Assembly: GCA_000708835.1 (NCBI GenBank)
Contig: DF237007.1
Coordinates: 124,001 to 188,000, forward strand
Source: Klebsormidium nitens
Lineage: Eukaryota; Plantae; Klebsormidiophyceae
DNA: 64,000 nucleotides
Direction: 5' to 3'
Position numbers and translations under genes: made by a program. Below, piece by piece: positions 49,601 to 61,164 of the stretch. Under the pieces are notes generated by a model that did no database searches, had not been told where the DNA came from, and was given only the letters and a program-made list of their open reading frames with translations. Position 1 is the first letter of the stretch. Each line of letters starts with the position of its first letter.

Positions 49601-52415
49601 TTCTCAATCTTACGTTGTCCTGTTGACTATCCCTGTTCTCGAGTTCAGCCCTCTCGATCCTTCTCCAGATAACCCTTTGTTTCCGCGTCCCACCTTCTAT
49701 CTTCCTCTTGATCCCCTTACCTGATGACGAGCTGTCCTTTCCGCGCCCATATCCTTCCCTCCGCTTCCCTCCCCCTCCTCCGCCTGTCTCTTTTACCCCC
49801 CGCCCACGCCGCCCAAACCCCCAGAATTTTCCCCGCATTGCGCGCCGCCGCGCTTTCCAAGCACCCCTGCACGACTTCCCGTTTCCACACGTGTCCAACC
49901 ACCCACTCCCCCCACTTCCGCAAGCACCGAGCTTTCGTCAGCTCCGCCCGTCGCCGTAAGAGCGCCACGTGTCGGTCTGCCGCGGCCTTGCCCTTCGGGC
50001 CCCAGATCCGAAAGGCCGCACTCACTAACGTCCAGTTGTAATGCAGAGCGCTTTCTTCTTCTGCTTCTTTTATCCGTCTTATGCGGCCCCGCCAAGCCGC
50101 CAAAACTCGTCCCAAGCGGTGCTCTCGCCCCACGCTCTCTTTCGCTGCCCCAAAGCTGTTCCAACCCAAAAACACGCTCCGCATGAGAGCTGCCTTCCAG
50201 TGCGCTGCGGCTCTCTCCCAGTTCATTTCCGCGGCTGCTGTTTCCTTCCGTAAGATCTTCAGGATCTCCGTGTTGCAGCGCCAAATGCGGAAGCAAATGG
50301 CCAGCCAGCGAAACCGCTCAAATGCAGCCTCGTCTTCCGCGGCCAGGGGGGTCACGTCCAGGCCTGGCCGGACCCCCTCCAAGAGCGAAACATCAATTTG
50401 AACCCCCCCGGAAGGTTTGCTTTTCGTAGGTGGGGGTTGCTTTTTGGGGAGCTTTTGGGGGATGAGCTGGACTTGGTGGTGGGGGGTGGACGATGAGGGT
50501 TGGTCACGTGGCCCCCACCGCCAGTGGAGCCAGGCTTTGGACAATAAGTGCCGGCGGTGAAAAGCCAACGCTTTGGACTGCCCTTCGTTGCGCTGCAGAA
50601 AAGATGCGGTGGTTACTTAGTCAACAAATCAAAAACAGAGATCAAAGAATCTGGAAGGATTAACAATGGTCCGGACCGGTATGCAATTATTGAACTGAGG
50701 TTGAAAAACGTCAAGGGTTGAAGGGGCATTGCGACGGGCCGACTCTTTGAAGGCATCGTCCGCAGATGCAACTAGGTCTGCCAGGATGTCTCACGTTAGC
50801 TTTGACCAATCTAGATCCTGAAAGAAACCGTCACTTGATCGAACTCGGGAACCGTGGTTGCACAATTGCCTCTAGAACCATTTCGATCTTCGAGGTGAGC
50901 ATCCCATCACACAAGGGGTGGACGGCTGCAACTAGCTGCGGAAGAATCTCTCACCGCGCACTCCGCCTTAAAGCGGGCCCACCAGTCTGGGCTCGAGTAC
51001 AGGCTGAGCTTCAACAGGCAGCGGTAGAAAAAGGTGTCCTCTCGAGGGTCCTGCAAACATCAGCATGTGCTTTCAACCTCAAGCCGTCACATGATTGCGT
51101 GACCTACTGTCAGGCCCTCAAAGTTCGTGCACCCGTTTTTCTGGATTTTGTTCCTTCAGTCAGCGCGAGTTGCAATTCACGTATTGGCAAGGCCGTTAAG
51201 GACATCAGAATGACATCCTGAAACTTTAACGCCGCTCAGCCAGAGATGAGAACACGGCGCCAGGATCTATGACAGTTCTGCACGCTTTACCACAGATTGG
51301 ACCAATGGCTGGTCCTGGCCTCAGAAAGATGACAGATTTGAATGATGGACATGATTCCAAATCCAACCGCGGCGATCAACTCCTTCAAAATCTGCACGCC
51401 CCCCCGGCTCCTTCTTTAAGCGCTTCAGCTTCGAGTCAAATGAACCTGACGGCAGTCAAGCGCTAATGTGATGATGGACTGAAACAGACGACTGTGTGCA
51501 TGACGCATCAACACTTTGCGAGTCTGGTTGCGCGCACTTGTTGGGTAGTGGTTGCGGGAGATCTGTGCAAAGTCCTGGCAAGCCTTACCATGCCATGCCG
51601 CTGAAGAACTTCCTCGTAAGCTTGCAGGACGAGCATCAGGCTCATCGCCGAGCTATCCAAGGCGGCCTTCTTTTCCGCAACTTGAATTATCTCCGCAATG
51701 ATTGTCATGTCTGCAGAAAACAATACACTTTGTCTCGATCCCTGCATTCTGCAGTAAGGCGTTCGCTGCAATGTGGGACTAATGTGCGGTCTGCTGAAAG
51801 GGGCTCATCGAGGGCAATCCGCCATGGTAAACTGCAACTGTATCCTTTCTAAGACAAACCAGGTCTTAACTAGATGGAATACGATATGGTGGTACAGGCA
51901 GCTGAAAGCATGGATTAGAAGTGGTGACAGAGTCTTTTGCATGAACAAATCGAGAGGTGGACAACAAAAGCCTCTTGAAATCGGCAATTGGTGGTAAGTT
52001 GCAAGGCCGTCTAAGTTCGAGCCTGTACTACAGCTATAACTTGGACGTCGGGGCACTAGAATGAAACTCAACTGAGCTGCTTAAAGCCGTCTCCGGGGAC
52101 GTTAGCTGTAATTGGAAAAGTACTGCCAACAACAGCCGTACTCAGCTAGCTGCAGACAAGCAATTTTAGTGGCTTAACATGCAGCCACTTGACAAACCAT
52201 ACTTTAAGTTTACCTTCTTTTGAGTAGGGCTCCTCCACTCCAGGCAGGGACTGGTAAGCGTCATATATTGTGTAGTCCATGGCCCGCCTAACCCCACCCA
52301 CACTTGCGCTTCTGCCTAGCACGCTTGTTGGTGTCAGGTTGCTTCTCCGGGGCTGTTCTCTTCTAGCTAGTGGCGGCCTCACGGCATGCAATGGTTGTCC
52401 CCGTGAAGGAGCCAT
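31668..52415 (-). CDS. SFI1: Very large SFI1-like centrin-binding repeat protein (basal body/centriole), ~28-30 exons, roughly 2,500 aa by rough exon sum
   Basis: Start gccgccATG at 52415. N-terminal motif LVLQAYEEVLQRHGM|DPREDTFFYRCLLKLSL...WWARF (exons 51589..51710 and 50955..51050). Dozens of ~23-aa repeats with the SFI1 consensus A-x7-LL-x3-F-x2-W, e.g. ALLHWRNRGLARAFNTWH, AVAFWNTHRLRAAFLGWH, AVGFWRSMQLRGAFSCWL. The Ser/Pro/Arg-rich last exon ends at 31668. Not every exon boundary was resolved. Confidence 0.8.
45030..45372 (-). repeat. Three ~131-bp tandem units, each carrying the same exon 3' end plus a GTGAGT donor
   Basis: actcactctgccagcgcgttcgcccgctccttccacttggcgttcc is identical at 45065, 45196 and 45327; the spacers share ...cccacaga(c/g)gat(g/a)acgtcaggc. 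Confidence 0.92.
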
Positions 52416-53291
52416 GGCGGCACTACCTACCTTTACAGTAACAGCAGCTTGTTCAACTTAGACGCTCATTGTCCTTACGATTCAGGTCTTGGAGGCAAGG
52501 GCAATTAGCTGAGCTGAGCTCTCAATGCATATCCGTGCCGTAGCAGAGCTGCCTCACTTGTGGAGCAGCTGACCTCTTTGAAAATAATCCTTGCCTTTGT
52601 GTTGGTCGCTGCTGCAGCAGCTGGGTACTTAGTAAGGCCTCCTTCCACGCAAAGAAGAAAGAGGGACCTCCTACGTAAGACTTCACACCTCCTTCGCCAG
52701 ACCTCCTTTTGTAGCTTCCTTCTAGGACTTAGAGCTCCAGACTTCATTTGGGCCTGCCAGCACGGACTTGTCCCTTTGCCTTTAGTGGGCACGGCTTTCT
52801 GAGAAGAGATATCTCTGCTCGGTCAGATTGCTCTTGATTCACTCTGCTCACCGGAAAAGGACTCGGAAAGGGAATCATCATTCTTTGTTTGGAAACGACT
52901 TCCTGACTGAGCAAAGCTCGACAACATCAAGCGCTATTACCACAGGACCGTCCGATGGCGAATCTCAGACCGGATCGAACGGCTTTCGAGCACCATTGCA
53001 TTAGAACGCCGCGCCGACGGGCGGGTGGACTCGGAGCCACCTGATGCCAGGGGCGCGAGCTGCATTTGCACTGATCGGGCATGCTGTGTCAAACTTGACC
53101 ACTTTAATGAAGCCCGGCACGTTTGACACTGTGAATGTTCTCCCCACAAAGCTGCAGCAGCAATGCTTTCCTCTGCAGAGAAACTTGGAAAGCTCGACGA
53201 CGATCGCCCATCTGCCAAGAAGGGCACTTTGCATTACTGGAAAGAGATCGACCCGGAAGGGGGTATTGGACAAAGTCTAGGGTGGGTCACA

Positions 53292-55460
53292 ATGGCATTT
53301 GCAGCTCTGCGGCGTGCGCTTGGTCCTGGCAATAATGGTGAGTCAAGTCGACAGTCGTTGGCAAAACATGGCGGCAATTTTTGCGTTCATTGCACAAACA
53401 AGATGCTGCTCACAACCTCTACTCTATGCATCTTTAGGTAATCGAGCAAGTGCAACAATTGCTGGTTTGCAGCTCAGATGTACAAAATATGAGTTGACGG
53501 CGTATCGCAATCTCAACCCGCTTTCACTGATAGCAACATATATAGAACACAGTAGTGCCTGTAATGTTGCCACCAGGATCCATTTCTGATGTGCTCATTG
53601 CATCCACATTTGGACACATGTTAAGCGTAGGGTTTCCTTTTGCAAGCAGCAGATCCAGCGACTTACATGAGTTTGGTAGGCAATACCGAACTGCTCAATG
53701 CATGCTATCCCAGCACTGTACCAAATGCGCACAGACGGAAGTGAGAAGGTAGAAAAAAGGAGAGGCTTTTTGTCCTCACTTTGATTTCAGAGATGCGGTA
53801 GGATGTTGGCAAGAAGTGAGATTTGAAATTCGGTCTGGTAAGTCAAGGAATCGTGAATGTGAGCAAAATTCAAGTCACAAGCTTTCAAAAAGGAAAACAT
53901 TGGTAGGGGCTGGCAGCTCTTTGATGAGACAAGTCTTTTTGTCTGCGAGGTTTGGCGTCTGGCCATGATGCCTCTTGTGCTGAATTTGATGTATTATACT
54001 TGTTGCAAAACTCGAAACCATCTCGTGTTCACTGCAGGGTTGCTTGGGGGAGCTGGCCTACGTTTCATGAGTACACCAAGGGTACAGGACCGGATGTAAG
54101 CGGAACATCATAGCGCTTCTTGAAAAGCATACTTCCAGAAGATTCACCTTCTGATGCAATCTCTCACAATCGATGGTTTGACCACGGTGAATATTGCTCC
54201 TTATTTGTTTCTCCCGCTGCATCAAGCAAGCTGACGTTGGTTATTGAAATGCCTTATTTTCGCTTGGGGTGCAGCATCAATGTGATTGCGGTCGATGAAG
54301 ACGGGATTCGCCACCGAATCAAAGGCCTGATCGGACACAATTTGATGGAGGCTCTGAAACTTTCCGGCTTTGAGTCTGAAGGTGAGACGTTTGAAGGACT
54401 CAGGATCTTGGGAGGGGGGCGATTGCTGCCTGATGCATCAGCCCCTAAATGTGCTCTGTCAATAGTCTGCTCGGATCCAACAATAGTGTCTATGCAGAAC
54501 TTTTTCACTCCTGCTTTTCAGATGCAATTGACATATAGTTTTCTCTTCAAAGGACCGTCCACAAACCAGAGGTTGCTCTCAAGATCACTGAGTAGCGCAA
54601 GGTGACCTAAGTGGCTTTATGATATATAATTTACATAGTATAATTGAGAGTGCTCAATCTGGTAGACACATATTCGATCGATGCTCCGGGTCCTGACTGT
54701 CTGACCAACTCTACTCACATCTTTCATACCGCTGCCGAAACACAATTCCTGTCTGTTGAAACACAATTTGTGATACGACTCGATCAGCCGAAATATCTAT
54801 AGCTTCCTTCTCACGTTGCACCACAGTCACCAATTCTTGATTCTTACTGTAGGGCAGAACAAGTGAAAGCAGTTAGTGTTGACAAAACTGAAGGCCTCTC
54901 TGATCGCGGATGTCTAGGGAACTCAGAGGTGGGGTTACTCACGTGGGCTCAAACCTCGTCTCGCCTTGCTGTGTTTGTACAGCCCGACATCCCTCTTCAG
55001 ACAGACTGGATGCATGCTCTGGGAACTGCGAAGTTACGATTGCAAACGAGTGGTTGGACAAGGTTCCTGAAAGGACCGAGGACGAACTGGAGGTGTTGCG
55101 GGACGTTACGAAGCGGGTGACGAAAAAGTGAGCAAGCTGCGCGCTTCCTTATGGCAATCTGCGAATATCTTACTCGAGCGTTGGTTGAATTAATACACCG
55201 TCTACGTGAAGCGTTTCCCTCTACTTCTGACTGCGAACAAAGAAGTTGCTTGACAGGATCCGCTGCTCTGCAAAGACTTGCAAAGTGCAAATACTGCACG
55301 GAATGAGGTCGAATGACTGGAGACAATCCAAAGCTGCCCTGACACCTGTGCATATTGTCCCTTGTGCAGCCACCGGCTTGGTTGTCAAATACAACTTACG
55401 AAGGACCTCGACGGTATGGTTGTCTCCAAAGTTGAAGAAAAACCGTTCGAGATTCCTTGA
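53292..55460 (+). CDS. Adrenodoxin-like ferredoxin of the mitochondrial complex I bridge type (C1-FDX-like); exons join(53292..53337,54038..54095,54275..54381,54983 or 55001..55127,55370..55460)
   Basis: Translation MAFAALRRALG...DRIINVIAVDEDGIRHRIKGLIGHNLMEAL...RLDACSGNCEVTIANEWLDKVPERTEDELEVL...HRLGCQIQLTKDLDGMVVSKVEEKPFEIP. The ACSxxCEVxIAxEWL, RLGCQ and KPxxIP motifs match my recollection of the plant complex I ferredoxin; the canonical four-Cys 2Fe-2S motif is absent. Confidence 0.85.
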
Positions 55461-56443
55461 GTACATATACATGTAAGGATAACAATAGAAGCTTCAGCGT
55501 CGGTCACTTCGTCAGCAATGTAAACTGCCCATTGCTCAGTTATGACCTCAGTTATGAAGTGCATCCAGATTTCCACACTAATTATTGCGCCACAAAGATA
55601 TCCAGCAATGACCCTCATGTCCGATGTTCCATTTCCAAGAAACTCAGACCGTCAACACAGGACACACTATGATATGTATGAAGCTGTGCTGTCACGAGCC
55701 CGGCCGCCCCACCCATGGTGCCAAGCGACCCGCGCCCGATTGAGTTCAATTGTGCTCATAGCTCTAGATCACAACGCAATACGTCAAGTTCTCGCAGATC
55801 GGGGCCTGTCATGATTTGGACGTACACATATAGGCCGGGGCCGAGCTGGCAGCCTGCCTGCGCGACAGATAAACATCATAGTGATCTATAGTCGGCAGAA
55901 TTGCTGCGCGGCCACTCGAACATCCCCCTAACTTGCTCGCGCCATAAGTTAATTTGCCAGGGATATATTCGCATACAAACACATATCGGGTGGCAGATTC
56001 TCACGTGCATGATGGCCATGAGGTATAGTGGTACCATGTGCATCAGTGAGGCCCACTGCAAATTGGCCTTATATGGTGCCACGTTAACAACTTGAAGATG
56101 GCCGCCCCGGGGCCTCTAGGCTATAAAGTAGATACTGTCAAATGGATATCGAGACTTGCAAGCATGCTTGCCCGGCTGTCAAGGCACACAACCACTGGCA
56201 TACATCGACACTTCAGTCCAAATTGTAATATTGCAGGAGCATGGACCTTGCCGGCTTCTCACATGACCGTCCTTATACGGTCATGGTCGCCCTCCTTTGA
56301 GGGCCACTAAGGAGCAATTCCAAGCCTAAAACACACAAACACAAGTTTACCTATTCAGACACACTTGGAAAGCACTACATGCATGTTTTTGACTATTTAA
56401 CATTATCTAGGAAGACCGTCGTTATGATTGTTGACCTGGCTCG

Positions 56444-58894
56444 TCAGATGCTTAAGATGCTTCCAAACCGTTGACCATCATTGCCATAAAGGCTCGTCGG
56501 GATCTCGCCCTGCATCAGCAGCTCCTGCTGGACATCCTCCATCATAGCATATGCCCGCCTCTCCCTTTCCTGGTGCTCAGCCAAGATCTGCTGCGCAAGA
56601 TCCTCTTGCACTACCTGCCCGCTCCGTCGCAGAAGCTGTTCGCAGTGCTTCTCACAAAAGCTCTGCCCCTCTGCGGCCCTTAGTGCACACGTCCACCCTT
56701 TCCCGTCCCCTAGCTGACAGATCCGCACGGGTTCCTGTACCTGATTCAGGTCAAACGCGTTATGCACATTCTCGTCCCGGTACGAACCCCCATTCAGAGC
56801 CGCGTTATGCACATTCTCATCTCGGTACGAACCCCCTCCCAGAGCCACCCCCCCAAGAAGCGTCCCTCCAAAGCTACCCGCCCCAAACGAACCCTCATTG
56901 TACAGCCCAAAGCCGCTCTGCTGGGGGAAACTCTTATTTACCCGGCTAACAGGCATGAACGCATGCCCCCCAAACGAGTGGCTGGCCACTGGTGTGAACG
57001 CACTCCCGTGGCTTGCAACCGGTGTGAATGCGCTCCGGTTCGGCAACGGCATGCCTGCCGCCTGCAGGCCCGCCGGCGCGTACCGGATCAGTTGCTCGGG
57101 GAAACCACCCCCCTGCGGCATGAACAGCTCCGCCGCTGACATCACCGCTTCCACCCCCTGTCTCTGCTGCGGCGCCGACGGCATGAACAACAGCTCCGTC
57201 GCTGATCCCCCGGAGTCGCTTAACGGCGGCCCCTGCTGCGCTGCCGGCTCCGCCCCGCGCTCCTTCTCCTCCTTTTTCTGCCGCTTCCTCTCTTTCACGG
57301 TCTTCTTCGCCGCCTCTCGTTTCTTCCGGTCCAGCTCCGTGTGCTCCCGGCAGTACGGCCGCCCCATCTGGCGCTCCTTGGAGCACTGCCAGTTGCGCCC
57401 GTCCGACCGCTTGCACCGCCAGTCCCCCCCCGCCCGGTCCTCCTCGTCCAACCCCGCCTCCGCAACCTGCATCAACGACGGCGCCCCCGACCGCAGCCCC
57501 GGAAGCTCCCACAGCGGCTTATCTTCGTCGCTGTCATCCTCTCTCTCCTCCGGAAACTTTTCCAACCCCCCTTGGCTCCAGCCCTCCGCCTGGTTGGAAG
57601 CTTCGGCCGGAGACGATTTGCCCTTGCCGTTTTCCCGGGCGGCGCGGTTTTCTCGTTGCTTGCGGATGCGGTCGAGGTGGTTTTGGCAGAAAGTGGTCCC
57701 GGGGACGGCGGCGCGCTTGCACCACCAGCCCTGGCCGTTGGTGCGGTGGCACATGCCGGGCTTAGCACGGCCTTTGCCATCTGGAAAAAGAAGCACTTTA
57801 AAAAATGGAAGAAAGGGCCTTGGCTCTTCATGTGATTCTCAAGCAGCCATGGTTGTCAGGCGGGACGTATATGTAGCGACCGAACGGGGCTGATTCTTGT
57901 TAGACAAGATTCACACAGCGGGGGGGCTTGGAGACCCTCGACGGGAAGAGAAACTTAGCCCCAGGGAAAGGGCCTTGGCATCTGATGGGGTTGAATATAA
58001 GGATCACACTGCGATGTTGCGTCCATGCGAAGATGATGGTAAAACGAGAGCTGGCCAGAGCGTAACCTATTTGTACCCCCAATTAGGCTGTCAAAAGAGG
58101 CTGCCGCAGCTACACGTTGTGGACTAGGGCAGGAGTCACTTGGAAAGAGATGGGGGTATGCTTAGCACTGGTAGGTGAGCGTGGGTCTCACAAAGGCAAC
58201 GCGAATGTGCAAGAGGGCGACCTTTCTAAGCAGGTAACCAGCTTCAGCAGACAACAGAAAGAAGCATTGCGCTCAGCGGAAGTGGGAAGAGGTTGTCCTG
58301 CCAGAAACAAATGACAGCGTGCTTTTAGGCAGTAGGAACGCCACCGCGACCGGGGGCTCGACTCAAGGACTTCCAAGCTTCAGTGGCCAGCAAAAGATTT
58401 GCCTCCTGAAAAATAGCCTCCTGAAAGATATGGCCATGCAGATGGAGGGCAAGGGTTGAGAATGTGGTTCAGGTTGCGTGGTGATTGTACGTGGTTAAGT
58501 ATGTGGTTAAGCATGTGTTTAAGCGTGTAGGCTTAAAAATGGGGTACTCCTTACCTGTGTCCTGAGAATCAGTTTGGACGACCTCCGCAGAGACCACCTT
58601 GACTCTCTTCTTCTTTGGCTTCCTCATCAGGTGCTTCTCACAGTAACGCCTAGCGGGGACAGCAGGATTTGCGCACTGCCATCCAAGGCCATTTTGACGG
58701 GAGCAACGCATCCCGGTTTCTGGTGCCTTCGCTTTGTCAAAATCATCCTCATCCTCAAAGACATTGGGGAGCCCTCCAAGCAAGCCTGGCTGAGCGGCGA
58801 AGGCATCCTCTGCAAGGGGAATAAGATTTGTCAGCCTGGAAGCACGTCTCTGAATATCCAGAAGTAAGTTTGCAGTTTTTGCTGGTTTGAACAT
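56444..58894 (-). CDS. Protein with four WRC (C3H zinc-binding) domains; exons complement(join(56444..57780,58555..58894))
   Basis: Four C-x9-C-x10-C-x2-H motifs: RCSRQNGLGWQCANPAVPARRYCEKH, MCHRTNGQGWWCKRAAVPGTTFCQNH, RCKRSDGRNWQCSKERQMGRPYCREH and ICQLGDGKGWTCALRAAEGQSFCEKH. Phase-1 intron ACAG|GTAAG ... CCAG|AT. Confidence 0.88.
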
Positions 58895-61164
58895 CGTTGG
58901 TCACTTTGAACTATTTTTGAATATTTGAATCTGATTACACAGCTGAAGGACTGCAAAAGTTTGCGACCTCTTACTTCAGCATAAAACAGGACACGATGAC
59001 AGTCACAAGCTTCGATGAAAACAATGTGGCTGCAAAAACGATATCTACCCCGTAGCAGGGGAGTTTGCCATACTCTCACAGTTTGGTCCTATCAAAATGT
59101 AATGACAAAAGAAGGGACGTTGCACAGCGAAGGGAATGCAGATGCTCTTGGCAGGGCATCAACAGTAGCTTCTGCTCAGGTATGTCATTTAGTTACATAT
59201 AGGCTTACACTCAGCCTCAAGTATCTAGTTAACTGAAGCCAGCCCCCAGACACTAAGGCTCACCTGTTGCTCTCAGGCCTTGCAACAATCCCGCTGCATC
59301 AGTGACGTCGTTACCCAAAGCACCGAACCCGCCCCCCTCATAGACTAATGGCATGCTGCTCCTGGGGGCACCAGCAGGTCCCTCACAAGGACCTGATGGA
59401 GGTACCGCAGAACTCTAAGAAGCGTCGAACTTAATAATGTACATCATGTTAGGAACAACAAGTCCTCTTTTGCATTTTTCATTCCTGTTTTGTTTCCGTG
59501 CACTTATGCCCCTTGCACTTACAACGGCTGCCCTGACAGCTGCAGCCTCTAATTCGTCCTGTATTCTGGACAGAGAGCAGGAAAATTTACCAATCGAAAG
59601 CTAACTAATTTCTGAACTTTTTTCAAGAAGGGCATTCGACGCCAGCACCCAAGCCTCGAACCGCAAAGACGCCGTCTTTCGGTTCGAGAGTGCGACCTAC
59701 AAATTACAAAAGGACACTCCCTAAAACTTGCATAATCTGCAGTTTTTCCAACCTAGCTTGGCCTGCTACAGTTTCAAGCTCAGTAGAGTACAGCAGCCAG
59801 CTTTTACCGCATCCCTCCACCTCAACAGGCGCCCTTCCAGAAGCCAGGAGCCTGCTTCAGCTAGGATACATGATAGTATTACATGCTGGCCGCCGAGCCT
59901 TGGCCGCCAGCCTGGACTGAGCGCCCGCGGTTCGATCGGCGACACAATTACATATGGTGCAAGACTGCGCGCGCGCGCATGAACGCGCGCGTGGCAGCTA
60001 GGCGGCGGCCGCATGTCCACCAGCCAACTAGGGACTGCCATTACAAACTAGAGCGGGAGCCTTCTGCTCCGTAAGGCACGCCACCTGGGGGTTTGTCGGG
60101 GGTCATTTCGACTGTTGTGTAAGAGCAATTTTAACGGTCAAGAGTTATTTAACTGTAGTTGTACTGACTCTCAGCCCTACGCATTTAGTAAGATACTTTT
60201 GTTTGTATCGGAGGGTTTAAAGTTTATGAAAATTTATAACTAGTTCATCGACGGCCTGCGATAGAAGCGCCGAGAATCGCCGACTGTCACGCACCGTCGA
60301 TAATTGTCACGGACGGGCACGATAATTTAAAATTAAAGATTTAGAACTCAGAAAATGCGAAGTGCGGACTTGGAATTCGTCCTGTGCGTATGCGGGGCGT
60401 TTCGGTTAGCGTTCGTCGGACCTGTATACAGAATGGAAACCCCTAAACGATCGCCACGTCGTACAGCGACGGTTTCAGACCCATTCCTACGGCTTCGCCA
60501 CTTTCAACAATAAATCACGATTCCGCGCGGCCACTGACGGAATGCCGTGTTGCAGACGGAACGGACCATGAACCAGGTTGAAGATGGCATGCCAAATACG
60601 GTAATCAAAGCTTAGTACCGCGGCTGAGAAGTGCACGAGGAGCCGTCCAGAGTATAGCTGCGTCGATTAAGCACCAATGCTCGCTACATGGAATGCTCAA
60701 GTAGAGATTCAATGTGAACGTGCGGCTCATTTGTCATTGAATCCTTCCCAAGAAACTGCATCTTATATAGCCGACCAACGCGTTGCATATATATGCGGTC
60801 ATTCCACTTGCGACATTCGACTGAAGTACAGACTCGTTCCACACACTTCTAGTAGACGTCAAGTTCTGACCCTGGACTTGCTTTCGTGAAAGATAGTCCG
60901 ATCCATTCTCATACCATCTGCGCACAAAACGTCGCGACCTTTCTTTAAATAAATATACCCAACTATGACACACTGGTCATCCAACAAAGTCACCGAGACA
61001 ATGACACCATGCTTGCGCACCATTCGCGAGTGGCTCGGCACTCACAGACCGTCAATTTCTTCCCCCCAAATCTGCGGGCAAAGTGAGATCACAATCGGTT
61101 TGACCGTGTGGCAAGGGCATGAGGCGGGTCTTGGACCCCTCAGGTTTTCCGCCACAATGTTCTC

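Noticed and set aside
32052-50401. Many plus-strand ORFs in the ORF track (e.g. 32052..32777, 40927..41400, 46642..47130)
   Set aside because: They are antisense or alternative-frame shadows of GC-rich SFI1 exons; stop-poor composition explains them.
56898-57893. 331-aa plus-strand ORF
   Set aside because: Antisense shadow of the WRC exon, with low-complexity Ser/Arg content.
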